Positions 33,362 to 41,532 of a DNA stretch of 64,000 nucleotides are shown in pieces (positions within the stretch are counted from its first letter, which is position 1; each line of letters starts with the position of its first letter). Source of the stretch: Patescibacteria group bacterium (GTDB lineage: Bacteria; Patescibacteriota; Patescibacteriia; Patescibacteriales; UBA12465); NCBI GenBank assembly GCA_050949505.1, contig JBMNFV010000001.1, positions 637,644-701,643 on the forward strand. The letters are read 5' to 3'. The notes below the pieces were generated by a model. That model was not told where the DNA came from and ran no database searches. It saw only the letters and a list, made by a program, of their open reading frames with translations. A program made the position numbers and the translations under genes.

Positions 33362-33808
33362 ATGGTAGAGTGCAATATCTTTAAACTCTTCTCTAATAGC
33401 GCTACTCCCACTGATAATCCTCGGGTGGAGCGATCTCATTTAAGCGATGAGCTAGAATTCTATAAAAGAGCTAATTTATATAATAGCTTCAAAGAGCAAG
33501 CAAGTGCTTTAAAGAAATGGGAGTACGTCTATAATTACTTAAAGCCTCATCAGGCTCTAGGCCAACTAACCCCTATCGCTTTCTATCAACTTTGGAAAAA
33601 AGACCCTCAAGCGGCCTTAGCGATCACTGAACGTTGGCAAGAGTATCTTGAGAAACAGAGCAAAAGATTAGCTACTACTAGAAAGATAAAAAGAAGAGAC
33701 CAACTAGAGGCATTAATGAGGTTTATTGACTCTAGAATTAATGATAAAAATGACCTCAAAGAGATTAAATTACAATTAACTAACTGTCAATTATGTTCCC
33801 TGGCTTGA
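33362..33808 (+). pseudogene. 5'-truncated DDE (rve-type, IS481/IS3-like) transposase fragment
   Basis: Only the C-terminal part is present: DNPRVERSHLSDELEFY...WEYVYNYLKPHQALGQLTPIAFY. This corresponds to the P-x-T-N-G-x-V-E-R ... YN-x-x-RPH-x-A-L-G-x-x-T-P pattern. The HTH and D,D residues are absent. Confidence 0.65.
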
Positions 33809-33908
33809 ACATTGTAAATTTAAGATTATGCTACTAAGAAAACCAAGATTTATATTAAATATTTTAGACAACCAATCACCATTACTTTGGGTCGCTAATC
33901 TTCCTATT

Positions 33909-33940
33909 TAAAAAGCCTTAGTTTTTTGTAAACTAAGGCT
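33909..33940 (-). terminator. Intrinsic terminator downstream of the 457-aa gene
   Basis: A 10-bp stem, agccttagtt/aactaaggct, with a 7-nt loop. A T-run follows on the minus strand. Confidence 0.7.
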
Positions 33941-33946
33941 AATTGA

Positions 33947-35320
33947 TTATTGAGCTGAGATAAATCTTAAATTACCTTTCTCGTCAGTAAAATAGATTAT
34001 CCCGTCATGATAGGCTGCTTGGCGAACACCTTGCCCGTCATTATATTCCCAGATAACCATACCTTGCTGGTCAATTATCTGCATATATGACTCACCGCCA
34101 ACTGGACAAACCAGTAGGTTATCTTCAATGGTGATTACTATTGCGCTAGTTGCAATGTATTCATATTCCCACACTAAACTTAAAGTCTTGTCAGCTCGCT
34201 CTCGATAAGCAGTCACATAAGCTCGATAGGCCCAGCCTGGTTCGTTAAGCGGAATAGTAGTCATGCTAGTAACAATAATTAACGAATCTTTAGCCAATCC
34301 TACTACTCCCATGGCAGTAACTCCCATATCCATAGCCGGTCCACTAAACTCCCAAATCTTTTCTTGAAAAAATCCACTAAACTTAGCTACACCGACAACA
34401 CGTTGACCATCTCTTCTAAAATCCAATGAAGCAATAAGGTAGTCACCGAATAAATCTACCCAGCCACTGTACTGACCAGTATATCTTTCCATTACTTCAC
34501 CTTGTGGGCTAATTTTGAAAATACCACTATTACCACGAGAGGAAATTAAATTACCCTCACTATCTAGCATCGATCGAGAAACTGCTCCGCCTTGTAATTT
34601 ACTCCAGTTTAAAGAGCCATCATTAAGATTATATGAGTCTAAATATAGGTCACCATCACCAATATCGAACCTCCCATTCCTGGTGCTATAAGCAAGAACT
34701 ACTCCGCGATTATTGTCAATTACTAAATTACTAGCATAGCTATCACCTCCATCGCCTGTAATATCATGACGCCAGAGTAATTTTCCTTCCGAAGAAAATT
34801 TAACAATAACACCGTCAGATAATCCGCCTGGACCCGAATAACCGCCAGTTGCATAAACACTTCCTTCATTATCTACTGCTACTTCCATCATATAAACCCC
34901 AGGAATTCTAAAAGCATTAGCATTGGGATCTACTGGATCATTGGGGTCGCTTGGTTTGTCCGCTGTAGTAATAGAAGCTACCTCACTTAGACTGCTACCA
35001 GCTATATTAGTAGCATAAACACTAACCTGATACTCAGTGCTAGGCTCTAAATTATTTATTTCTATAACAAATTCTCCTTGAGAAATTGTTTGCGAAGAAG
35101 TAAATGCTAGATTTCCTGGTTGCACAATGGCTTTAATTTCTGTAACAGGAGAACCACCGTCAGAGATTATCTTCCCTCTAACTATTACACTAGTATCGGT
35201 GATATCAGCGTAATCAATAATTGTTACCTTTGGGATAGTTATTTCTATCTCCGGATAACAAGACACTGCTGCCAAGCTAACTATCGCTAGCCAAACGGCA
35301 AAAATAAGTTTTGTCTTCAT
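33947..35320 (-). CDS. Secreted, possibly lipoprotein, FN3-like plus PQQ/BamB-like beta-propeller repeat protein
   Basis: Signal peptide ending LAAVSC. FN3-like segment TDTSVIVRGKI...LEPSTEYQVSVYATNIAGSS. Repeated G-x-[LV]-x-W blades (GKLLWRH, GSLNWSK, GMVIWEY). Confidence 0.5.
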   Translation of the reverse strand: MKTKLIFAVWLAIVSLAAVSCYPEIEITIPKVTIIDYADITDTSVIVRGKIISDGGSPVTEIKAIVQPGNLAFTSSQTISQGEFVIEINNLEPSTEYQVSVYATNIAGSSLSEVASITTADKPSDPNDPVDPNANAFRIPGVYMMEVAVDNEGSVYATGGYSGPGGLSDGVIVKFSSEGKLLWRHDITGDGGDSYASNLVIDNNRGVVLAYSTRNGRFDIGDGDLYLDSYNLNDGSLNWSKLQGGAVSRSMLDSEGNLISSRGNSGIFKISPQGEVMERYTGQYSGWVDLFGDYLIASLDFRRDGQRVVGVAKFSGFFQEKIWEFSGPAMDMGVTAMGVVGLAKDSLIIVTSMTTIPLNEPGWAYRAYVTAYRERADKTLSLVWEYEYIATSAIVITIEDNLLVCPVGGESYMQIIDQQGMVIWEYNDGQGVRQAAYHDGIIYFTDEKGNLRFISAQ

Positions 35321-35471
35321 TTTCAGTATATTTTTTTGTTATTATTCAGTTGTTAAATTGCTTAGTTAATCTTAGATCAACTGTAGTTATTATATCATAA
35401 TATTAGAGAAAAGTCAATATTCTAAAAACACTCTCAAATTAAGAAAGGTAAAAGAGCAATAAAATAGCTAG

Positions 35472-35933
35472 CTATTCTCCGATAACCCTTAATTTGACTG
35501 GTTCATTAAATTCTTCTTGAGCTGCTTCGTTAATTTCAACATCTTCAGATATCATCGGCTCTGCTAATTCATCCAATTCTCCCTCGCTTGTTCTAGGAGC
35601 GTTTGAGTTAGGAGTCATTAATTCAATTAATCCATCATATTCTTCTTGATCCATTTCGTTAATTCCAACATTTTCAGGAGTCATTAGTTTTGTCAGCTCT
35701 TCTAGCTCCTCTTCGTTTATCTGAGGAGCCTCTGGGCCAGGAGTCATTGACTCTATTAACTCTTCCCACTCGTCAGCGGGAGTTTTAGTCTTCTGATTAG
35801 CCAAATTCTCTTCTGCTAATTTTTGTGCTCGTCGCTCCTTGTATAAATTAACTTGCCATAATGATAAGCTAACTATTCCAATCACTACTGCTAAGCTAAT
35901 AATGAAAATTGTAACTTTTTTAACTTTTTTCAT
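35472..35933 (-). CDS. Membrane-anchored acidic tandem-repeat protein
   Basis: N-terminal TM helix (VTIFIISLAVVIGIVSLSLW). Two approx 43-aa acidic repeats follow: LIESMTPGPEAPQINEEELEELTKLMTPENVGINEMDQEEYDG / LIELMTPNSNAPRTSEGELDELAEPMISEDVEINEAAQEEFNE. Confidence 0.5.
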   Translation of the reverse strand: MKKVKKVTIFIISLAVVIGIVSLSLWQVNLYKERRAQKLAEENLANQKTKTPADEWEELIESMTPGPEAPQINEEELEELTKLMTPENVGINEMDQEEYDGLIELMTPNSNAPRTSEGELDELAEPMISEDVEINEAAQEEFNEPVKLRVIGE

Positions 35934-36145
35934 AAGATAATTACCTTACTTTAAATTATATAAATATTATAACGTTTTTTAGACAAAAAAGGAAATTTAT
36001 TCAAATACCATAACACTTCCGCTTATTACCTATTTTTGGCTTGATTTTTTCCTTATTATTTGCCATAATGTTTAATCCTAATTAGATCATTAACAATTCT
36101 GGCTTGTAAAAAATGAGCCCAATATTAACATAAAAAATAGTAGAA

Positions 36146-36493
36146 ATGGAAAAGAGAACGGAAGAAGTGAAAAAAATGAACAGAATGGAAAAAGTTGAAT
36201 TCGTAGTCAGTCAAAAAGCAAGGCTAGAAGAAATGGCCTCCGCCTTGCTGGCAGAGCGGACCCTTATCTTAGACGGCCGAGAAGCGGCTGCTTGGGATGA
36301 GATAGACTATTCTTGGGAGTATAAACTCCAAAGGATAGCTAGCAGGTTAAGGGAGATAGAAATTTCTCTGCTCCGCATTGAAAACGGAGTCTATCTAGTC
36401 TGTCTCTCCTGCCAAGGAGAAATTGAGACTGAAATGATTAGAGTCTCTCCCACCAGAAAACTCTGTTGGGAATGCCTAAAGAGGCAGAAATAA
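36146..36493 (+). CDS. DksA/TraR-family C4 zinc-finger protein
   Basis: C-terminal CLSCQGEIETEMIRVSPTRKLCWEC (C-x2-C-x17-C-x2-C), preceded by a coiled-coil-like region. Confidence 0.65.
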   Translation: MEKRTEEVKKMNRMEKVEFVVSQKARLEEMASALLAERTLILDGREAAAWDEIDYSWEYKLQRIASRLREIEISLLRIENGVYLVCLSCQGEIETEMIRVSPTRKLCWECLKRQK

Positions 36494-36497
36494 AAAT

Positions 36498-36521
36498 AAA
36501 CTCTCTACGGAGAGTTTTTTT
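36498..36521. terminator. Terminator hairpin between the convergent dksA-like gene and miaA
   Basis: Stem aaactctc/gagagttt with loop tacg, followed by ttttt. Confidence 0.65.
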
Positions 36522-36538
36522 ATTTACAAAATTTACAG

Positions 36539-37468
36539 TCATTCTAACCAGTGGTCAATTATCTCTTTAGCGGCCGTTAAATCTTTAATCCAGTGAATCT
36601 GCTTCCCTTCTTTTTCTAGTCGCCTAAACCAAGTTTTTTGTCGTTTAGCGAAGCGATAAGAGGCGGTAGTTAGCTGTTCTATCATTTCCTCATAGTCTAG
36701 CTTGCCTTGAAGATACCAAGCTAAATAGCGATACTCTAATCCTAGAGAATTTAATCTTTGCCAACTTAAACCATTGGCCACTAACTTCTCCACCTCTCCT
36801 ACTAAATTTTGATTATTTAAGCGATCTAGCAGGCGCTGACTAATGCGGTGACGCATCTCCTCATCACTAACTTCTAGGCCAAGAAGCAAGAAGTCTAAGT
36901 CTGGATTAACCGACGGCTTTTTAATCATTTGTCCACTAGTTACAATTTCTAAATACCGGGCCAGCCGTCGGGGATTTTTTCGGTCACTGTCATTAATATT
37001 TTTAGCAAACTCTGGCTGCAATTTAAAAATCTTTTGCCATAATTCTGCGGCTCCCAATGCTTCCCGCTGAGCTCGTTTAGCTAAATCTGGCTTAACCGTT
37101 GTTAATTGAAAATTATCTAAAACTGCTTGTAGATATAGTCCCGAGCCACCTACTATAATAGGCAGCTTGTTTCTGTCTTTTATCTCCGCCAAGGCTTTAA
37201 GGGCTGCCGCTTGATAGTCAGCGACACTATATTGTTCTTGCGGAGAGATAACATCTATTAAGTGATAGGGGATGCTTTGACCAGCCACCTCATACTCCGC
37301 CAAATCTTTCCCACTACCTATATCTAGGCCCTGATAAACCTGGCGACTATCAGCCGATATGATCTCTCCCTGATAATGGTAGGCCAATTTAGTGGCTAGG
37401 GCGGTTTTTCCTGAAGCAGTGGGGCCCAGAATTACCACTACCTTAGTTTTCTGAGATTTAGTTGACAT
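36539..37468 (-). CDS. miaA: tRNA dimethylallyltransferase MiaA
   Basis: P-loop VVILGPTASGKTALA, SADSRQVYQGLDIGSGK, and an IPT family C-terminus. Confidence 0.9.
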   Translation of the reverse strand: MSTKSQKTKVVVILGPTASGKTALATKLAYHYQGEIISADSRQVYQGLDIGSGKDLAEYEVAGQSIPYHLIDVISPQEQYSVADYQAAALKALAEIKDRNKLPIIVGGSGLYLQAVLDNFQLTTVKPDLAKRAQREALGAAELWQKIFKLQPEFAKNINDSDRKNPRRLARYLEIVTSGQMIKKPSVNPDLDFLLLGLEVSDEEMRHRISQRLLDRLNNQNLVGEVEKLVANGLSWQRLNSLGLEYRYLAWYLQGKLDYEEMIEQLTTASYRFAKRQKTWFRRLEKEGKQIHWIKDLTAAKEIIDHWLE

Positions 37469-37490
37469 AAATACTAATTATTCCTACAAT
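37462..37490 (+). promoter_or_regulatory. Consensus-like sigma70 promoter pointing into the miaA-upstream spacer
   Basis: TTGACA-N17-TACAAT on the plus strand. The -35 hexamer overlaps the miaA start codon on the opposite strand. Confidence 0.45.
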
Positions 37491-37496
37491 TAACTT

Positions 37497-37735
37497 AGTT
37501 CTTTTAATAATAAAGATAATGTTCTGCTCGTTTGGTGAGTAGGGTAAAAACAAAAGAGCAGATCATTATCTTAAAGGAGACCCTGACAATAGGCGTATTG
37601 TTAGACTCCGACAAAGGGGCATAAAAAATAAAGATTAGACAGATTTAGTTTGGCCCCATCTTTCGGAGCTTTTGCCGCGATTAAATAATTTTTATAATTA
37701 TTTCACAAAGAGCGCGGCGAAAGCTCTTTTTATTT
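37497..37735 (+). ncRNA. Candidate orphan structured sRNA, approx 240 nt, class unknown
   Basis: Bounded by the promoter above and a plus-strand terminator: stem aaagagc/gctcttt at 37707-37729, followed by a T-rich tail (tatttac). Internal helices are aagataatgttctgctc/gagcagatcattatctt (37512-37572), acaata-ggcg-tattgt, and ctccgacaaaggggc/gccccatctttcggag. There is no plausible ORF and no plus-strand gene downstream. Confidence 0.3.
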
Positions 37736-39550
37736 ACCCTCTTCCACTAACTCCCCTTCTAGTTCTAACCCTTCGCTTTCCAAATTGCTTAATTGATACA
37801 AACCAAACTGAGGATTAGTTTTGCTAATTAATTTTATTTGTAAATTATAATCTGGCAATTTACGCTCATTTAAGTAGTCAACTGCCGCTTCGTCTAAATA
37901 GAAATTATAATAATAAACTGGATATTCTCTCACTAATCCCTGGGCGGCTCGTAAAATTTGCTCATTAGGAATAGTTCCCATAATAATCTTTCTTTCGGGA
38001 AAGAAAAACTTGTCATAATATTGAGTGATAATTACCCCCCGCTCATCGGTTAGGGCAAACACCTTTCTAGTAAGCGCTTGTTCCGCTAGACTATTGTGAT
38101 AGGCATATACTAAGCCTTCTTCTGAGCCAAATAATACAAAGTTAAGATTGACCGCAGCGATAGTTAGAACTATGGCTGCTTGGGAGCCAGCAACTAAAAT
38201 ATTAGTTAGTCGCGGCTTAATCCTTTTCCCTAAAGAGAACAAACTAGCGGAAAATCTCTCAATACTCAAGGCTGCTAAGGGGATCAGCAGGAGATAAATG
38301 GGGAGCCAATAGCGGGTATAGGAATTGCCAATCGTAAAGCTTTTAGGATTAGGGTTATCATTAAAGAGCCAAGAGCCGTAATAGAACACCAGGATCCCTC
38401 CTACCGCTCCTAAAAATAAAAGATAGGCCAGGTATTTTTTCTGCCACTTTTTTAAATTTTGGGCCAATAGTATCACTATCCCCAAATAGGCTAGTCCCAC
38501 TAACCAGGGGAACATATTTACTAAATAGCGCTCAAACATTAAAATAGACTGCTCTTTGTCAAAGCCAAAATAGAAAACATTGTTAAACACCGTTTTCGCC
38601 AACTGCTTATAGTCCGCCAATTGACTAGCTAACGGCCTAATCAGCGTATCACCAGTCGCCGCACTTAATTCCGCTAAAGAATTATTCATTTCATTATAAC
38701 CTCCTCGCCAAGCGCCGTCATAAAGAACGCTATTCCAATACAGCATTGGGATAAAGGCCAAAAACAATCCCGCTAAGAAGAGTAATAGCCGACTAAGCCC
38801 AAAGCGTTTAGCATAAAATAGCCATAAGATTAGCCCCGCGGGAGCTAACCAAATTAGTTCTGAGGTTCTAGTGATAATTGCCAGACCGATAAAGACTCCT
38901 CCAAAGAAAGCGGCCAGCAACTTTTTTAAGCGCGGCTTATTTATCTTAAAAGATAAAAACTTGTTCTTCAGTTCCCACCAAACTGACTGCCGTCGCTTGC
39001 CTCCTAGAGCCAAGCTGATTAAATAGGCGCCTATTAACAACCAGACAATAAAGAGCACGTTATGAAACAAGCTGCGAACAGTGTAATAGATATATACGGG
39101 GAAAGTAGCTAGCAGGCTAGCTGAGATTAAGGCTAACCGCTTGCTTCTAAATACTCTTTTAACTAATAGATAGAAAAAGATTATTCCCAACGAAGCTAAG
39201 GCGGGAGTTAAAAAAGGAATAACCTGACTACCAAAAATTGAACCCAAGAAGCCGTAAGTTAAAATAATGCCCAAAAAGCTTACCGGCTTAACTAACCCGG
39301 CATCAGTCCGCATACTTCGGGGCATCACTAAGTCTTCACTTAGCTGCGTTGCTGGCTCAAAGTATAATAATTCCCCCTCCTCAGCCAGCTTCTTGCTAAA
39401 ATAATAATTAGCCGTCTCATCCGGAGAGCCCCATTTAACATAGTCTGACTCTTGAGTGAGATAGTTAAAACTAGCGGTGCCAATAAAAAAAATTAGCGCT
39501 AAACCGACTAAAATAAGGGGGTTAATAATTTTCTGACTAAATATTTTCAT
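37730..39550 (-). CDS. GT-C fold membrane glycosyltransferase (ArnT/PMT, GT39-like)
   Basis: More than 12 predicted TM helices. The first-loop acidic motif WGSPDETANYYF is typical of ArnT/PMT-type enzymes. I prefer the ATG at 39550, preceded by aaagggg, over the track start at 39586. Confidence 0.5.
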   Translation of the reverse strand: MKIFSQKIINPLILVGLALIFFIGTASFNYLTQESDYVKWGSPDETANYYFSKKLAEEGELLYFEPATQLSEDLVMPRSMRTDAGLVKPVSFLGIILTYGFLGSIFGSQVIPFLTPALASLGIIFFYLLVKRVFRSKRLALISASLLATFPVYIYYTVRSLFHNVLFIVWLLIGAYLISLALGGKRRQSVWWELKNKFLSFKINKPRLKKLLAAFFGGVFIGLAIITRTSELIWLAPAGLILWLFYAKRFGLSRLLLFLAGLFLAFIPMLYWNSVLYDGAWRGGYNEMNNSLAELSAATGDTLIRPLASQLADYKQLAKTVFNNVFYFGFDKEQSILMFERYLVNMFPWLVGLAYLGIVILLAQNLKKWQKKYLAYLLFLGAVGGILVFYYGSWLFNDNPNPKSFTIGNSYTRYWLPIYLLLIPLAALSIERFSASLFSLGKRIKPRLTNILVAGSQAAIVLTIAAVNLNFVLFGSEEGLVYAYHNSLAEQALTRKVFALTDERGVIITQYYDKFFFPERKIIMGTIPNEQILRAAQGLVREYPVYYYNFYLDEAAVDYLNERKLPDYNLQIKLISKTNPQFGLYQLSNLESEGLELEGELVEEGK

Positions 39551-39606
39551 CCCCTTTATAGTACCGAAAATTACCATTTTTAGCAAGAATTTGCTATTAT
39601 TAAATT

Positions 39607-41532
39607 ATGAAAAAATTACTTAATTGGAAAAAAATTTTCTCTTATTCTATTGCGGAAAGCAGTCTATTGCTAATTAGCTTAATTATTATCTGCGGTGCTG
39701 GTATTTATTATTTTTTTAATCTTAGTGGTGCTGGTGTTCTTGCCACCGTCTTATTAAGTTTACTGGCCTGGCGACTGTTGGCTCCTCGCCTACTAACTAA
39801 AGCGAGTCCCCTGGCCTGCCCGTCTCTAACCTTAACTACTAAGTTTTGCTTAAGTGGCTATTTACTTCTTTACTTAACTAGCTTTGCCTATCTATTCTCT
39901 CAAAGTACTGCTCAGGCGATTATCTCTCCCTGGGAACTAGTTACTTGGCCCTTTTTCTTGCTTTATGCTCTTAGTGGCGGCTTATTATTATACCTCCTTA
40001 ACCAAGCCACTCTAAAATCACTCCCTAAAACCCTGCTACTAACCCTACATTATTTCCTAAGTTTCGGGGTGGCCTTAGTGGTCTATCAAATATCTTATGG
40101 CTTTGATCCCTTTATTCACGAAGCTACCTTAAAAGTGATTGCCGAAGCGGGAGCAATTTGGCCCAAGCCCGCTTATTATCTAGGCGATTATAGTTTAATT
40201 ATCGTCTTGCACCGGCTAACTGGTCTAAGTATTGTTTGGTTAAATAAATACTTAATTACTATCTTAGCTGCTATTTTCTTGCCCTGGGCAATTATTAAGT
40301 TCTTAACTACTAATCAAATAAGCTCTAAACAGCCAAGAGCTCATTACTTAAGTGCCTTAATGATTCTTGCTCTTGGCTACGCCCCTTTTATCATCAGCAC
40401 CCCTCAAAGCCTGGGCTATCTACTACTAATTCTCACTGTTCTAATTGGACTAAGCAAGCGAGGCTGGGGTTGGCCTCTAGTACTCTCCTTAGCCACTACC
40501 GCTGTTCACCCCTTAGCTGGACTGCCAGCTCTGGGTTGGACCTTAATTTTAATAGTCTCTACTAAATCTAGAGCCATTAACCAGTGGGCTAAGCCCTTAT
40601 TATTTATCGCTAATGCCCTAATTCTACCTTTGGCCCTACTCTTCTCTGGGCAGAACAAATTACGCTTAGAATTCAATCTTGCTACTCTTGGTCAATCGCT
40701 AGCCTCCTTTTTTAATCAATTTAGCTGGGCGGGACAAGAAAGTGCTAGTCTTAATTTAGCTTATTTTGCTAGCCATAATTACCTGCTCTGGCTTAGCTTA
40801 TTACTAATTAGCGCCTACCTAATTTGGCGTCGTAGTAAATTTAAATTACCTCCCGGCACCTGGCTGATGCCCGCCTCCCTGCTAAGCGGTTATTTTTTAA
40901 GTAATTTAATTGTCTTTCAAAATGTAATTGACTACGAGCAAGCTAATTTTCCTAGCCGTATTTTAATAACTGCCCTAATCTTTCTTCTTCCCTTGCTGCT
41001 AATTAGTTTCACTTCTTTAATTGACCGAATTTTAGCTACCCCTAGACCAGCTCGCTACTGCTTTGCCGGTGCTGGTTTAATTATTCTCCTACTTAGCCTC
41101 TATCTTTCCTATCCCCGATTTGACGACTACTTCAACTCTCGCGGTTATAGTTCTAGTTGGGCAGACCAGCAGGCCGTTCGCTTGATTAATCAAGAAGCGA
41201 CGGCTCCTTATGTAGTTTTAGCTAATCAACAGGTGAGCGCCATGGCTCTTAAGGAATTCGGCTTTAGTCATTATTTAACCGCTCCCTGGGGAGAAACTTT
41301 CTACTACCCCATCCCCACTGGCGGCCCTCTTTACAAATATTATCTAGACCTAGTTTATCAAGAGCTCAGCCAAACAAAGCTGGCTGAGCTTAAAAATGAC
41401 CTAGCCCTTGCCGAAGTCTATTTAGTGATTAATAAATATTGGCATCAGAGTGAACTGCTAATTAGTGAAGCTAAACTTCAGGCTAAACGATTTTGGAGCA
41501 TTGCTGATGAGGTCTTTATTTTCGTCTATTAA
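39607..41532 (+). CDS. Polytopic membrane protein, possibly GT-C or polymerase-like; function unknown
   Basis: Many hydrophobic helices in the first approx 480 aa and a soluble C-terminal approx 150 aa. It is divergent from the GT39-like gene. Confidence 0.4.
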   Translation: MKKLLNWKKIFSYSIAESSLLLISLIIICGAGIYYFFNLSGAGVLATVLLSLLAWRLLAPRLLTKASPLACPSLTLTTKFCLSGYLLLYLTSFAYLFSQSTAQAIISPWELVTWPFFLLYALSGGLLLYLLNQATLKSLPKTLLLTLHYFLSFGVALVVYQISYGFDPFIHEATLKVIAEAGAIWPKPAYYLGDYSLIIVLHRLTGLSIVWLNKYLITILAAIFLPWAIIKFLTTNQISSKQPRAHYLSALMILALGYAPFIISTPQSLGYLLLILTVLIGLSKRGWGWPLVLSLATTAVHPLAGLPALGWTLILIVSTKSRAINQWAKPLLFIANALILPLALLFSGQNKLRLEFNLATLGQSLASFFNQFSWAGQESASLNLAYFASHNYLLWLSLLLISAYLIWRRSKFKLPPGTWLMPASLLSGYFLSNLIVFQNVIDYEQANFPSRILITALIFLLPLLLISFTSLIDRILATPRPARYCFAGAGLIILLLSLYLSYPRFDDYFNSRGYSSSWADQQAVRLINQEATAPYVVLANQQVSAMALKEFGFSHYLTAPWGETFYYPIPTGGPLYKYYLDLVYQELSQTKLAELKNDLALAEVYLVINKYWHQSELLISEAKLQAKRFWSIADEVFIFVY

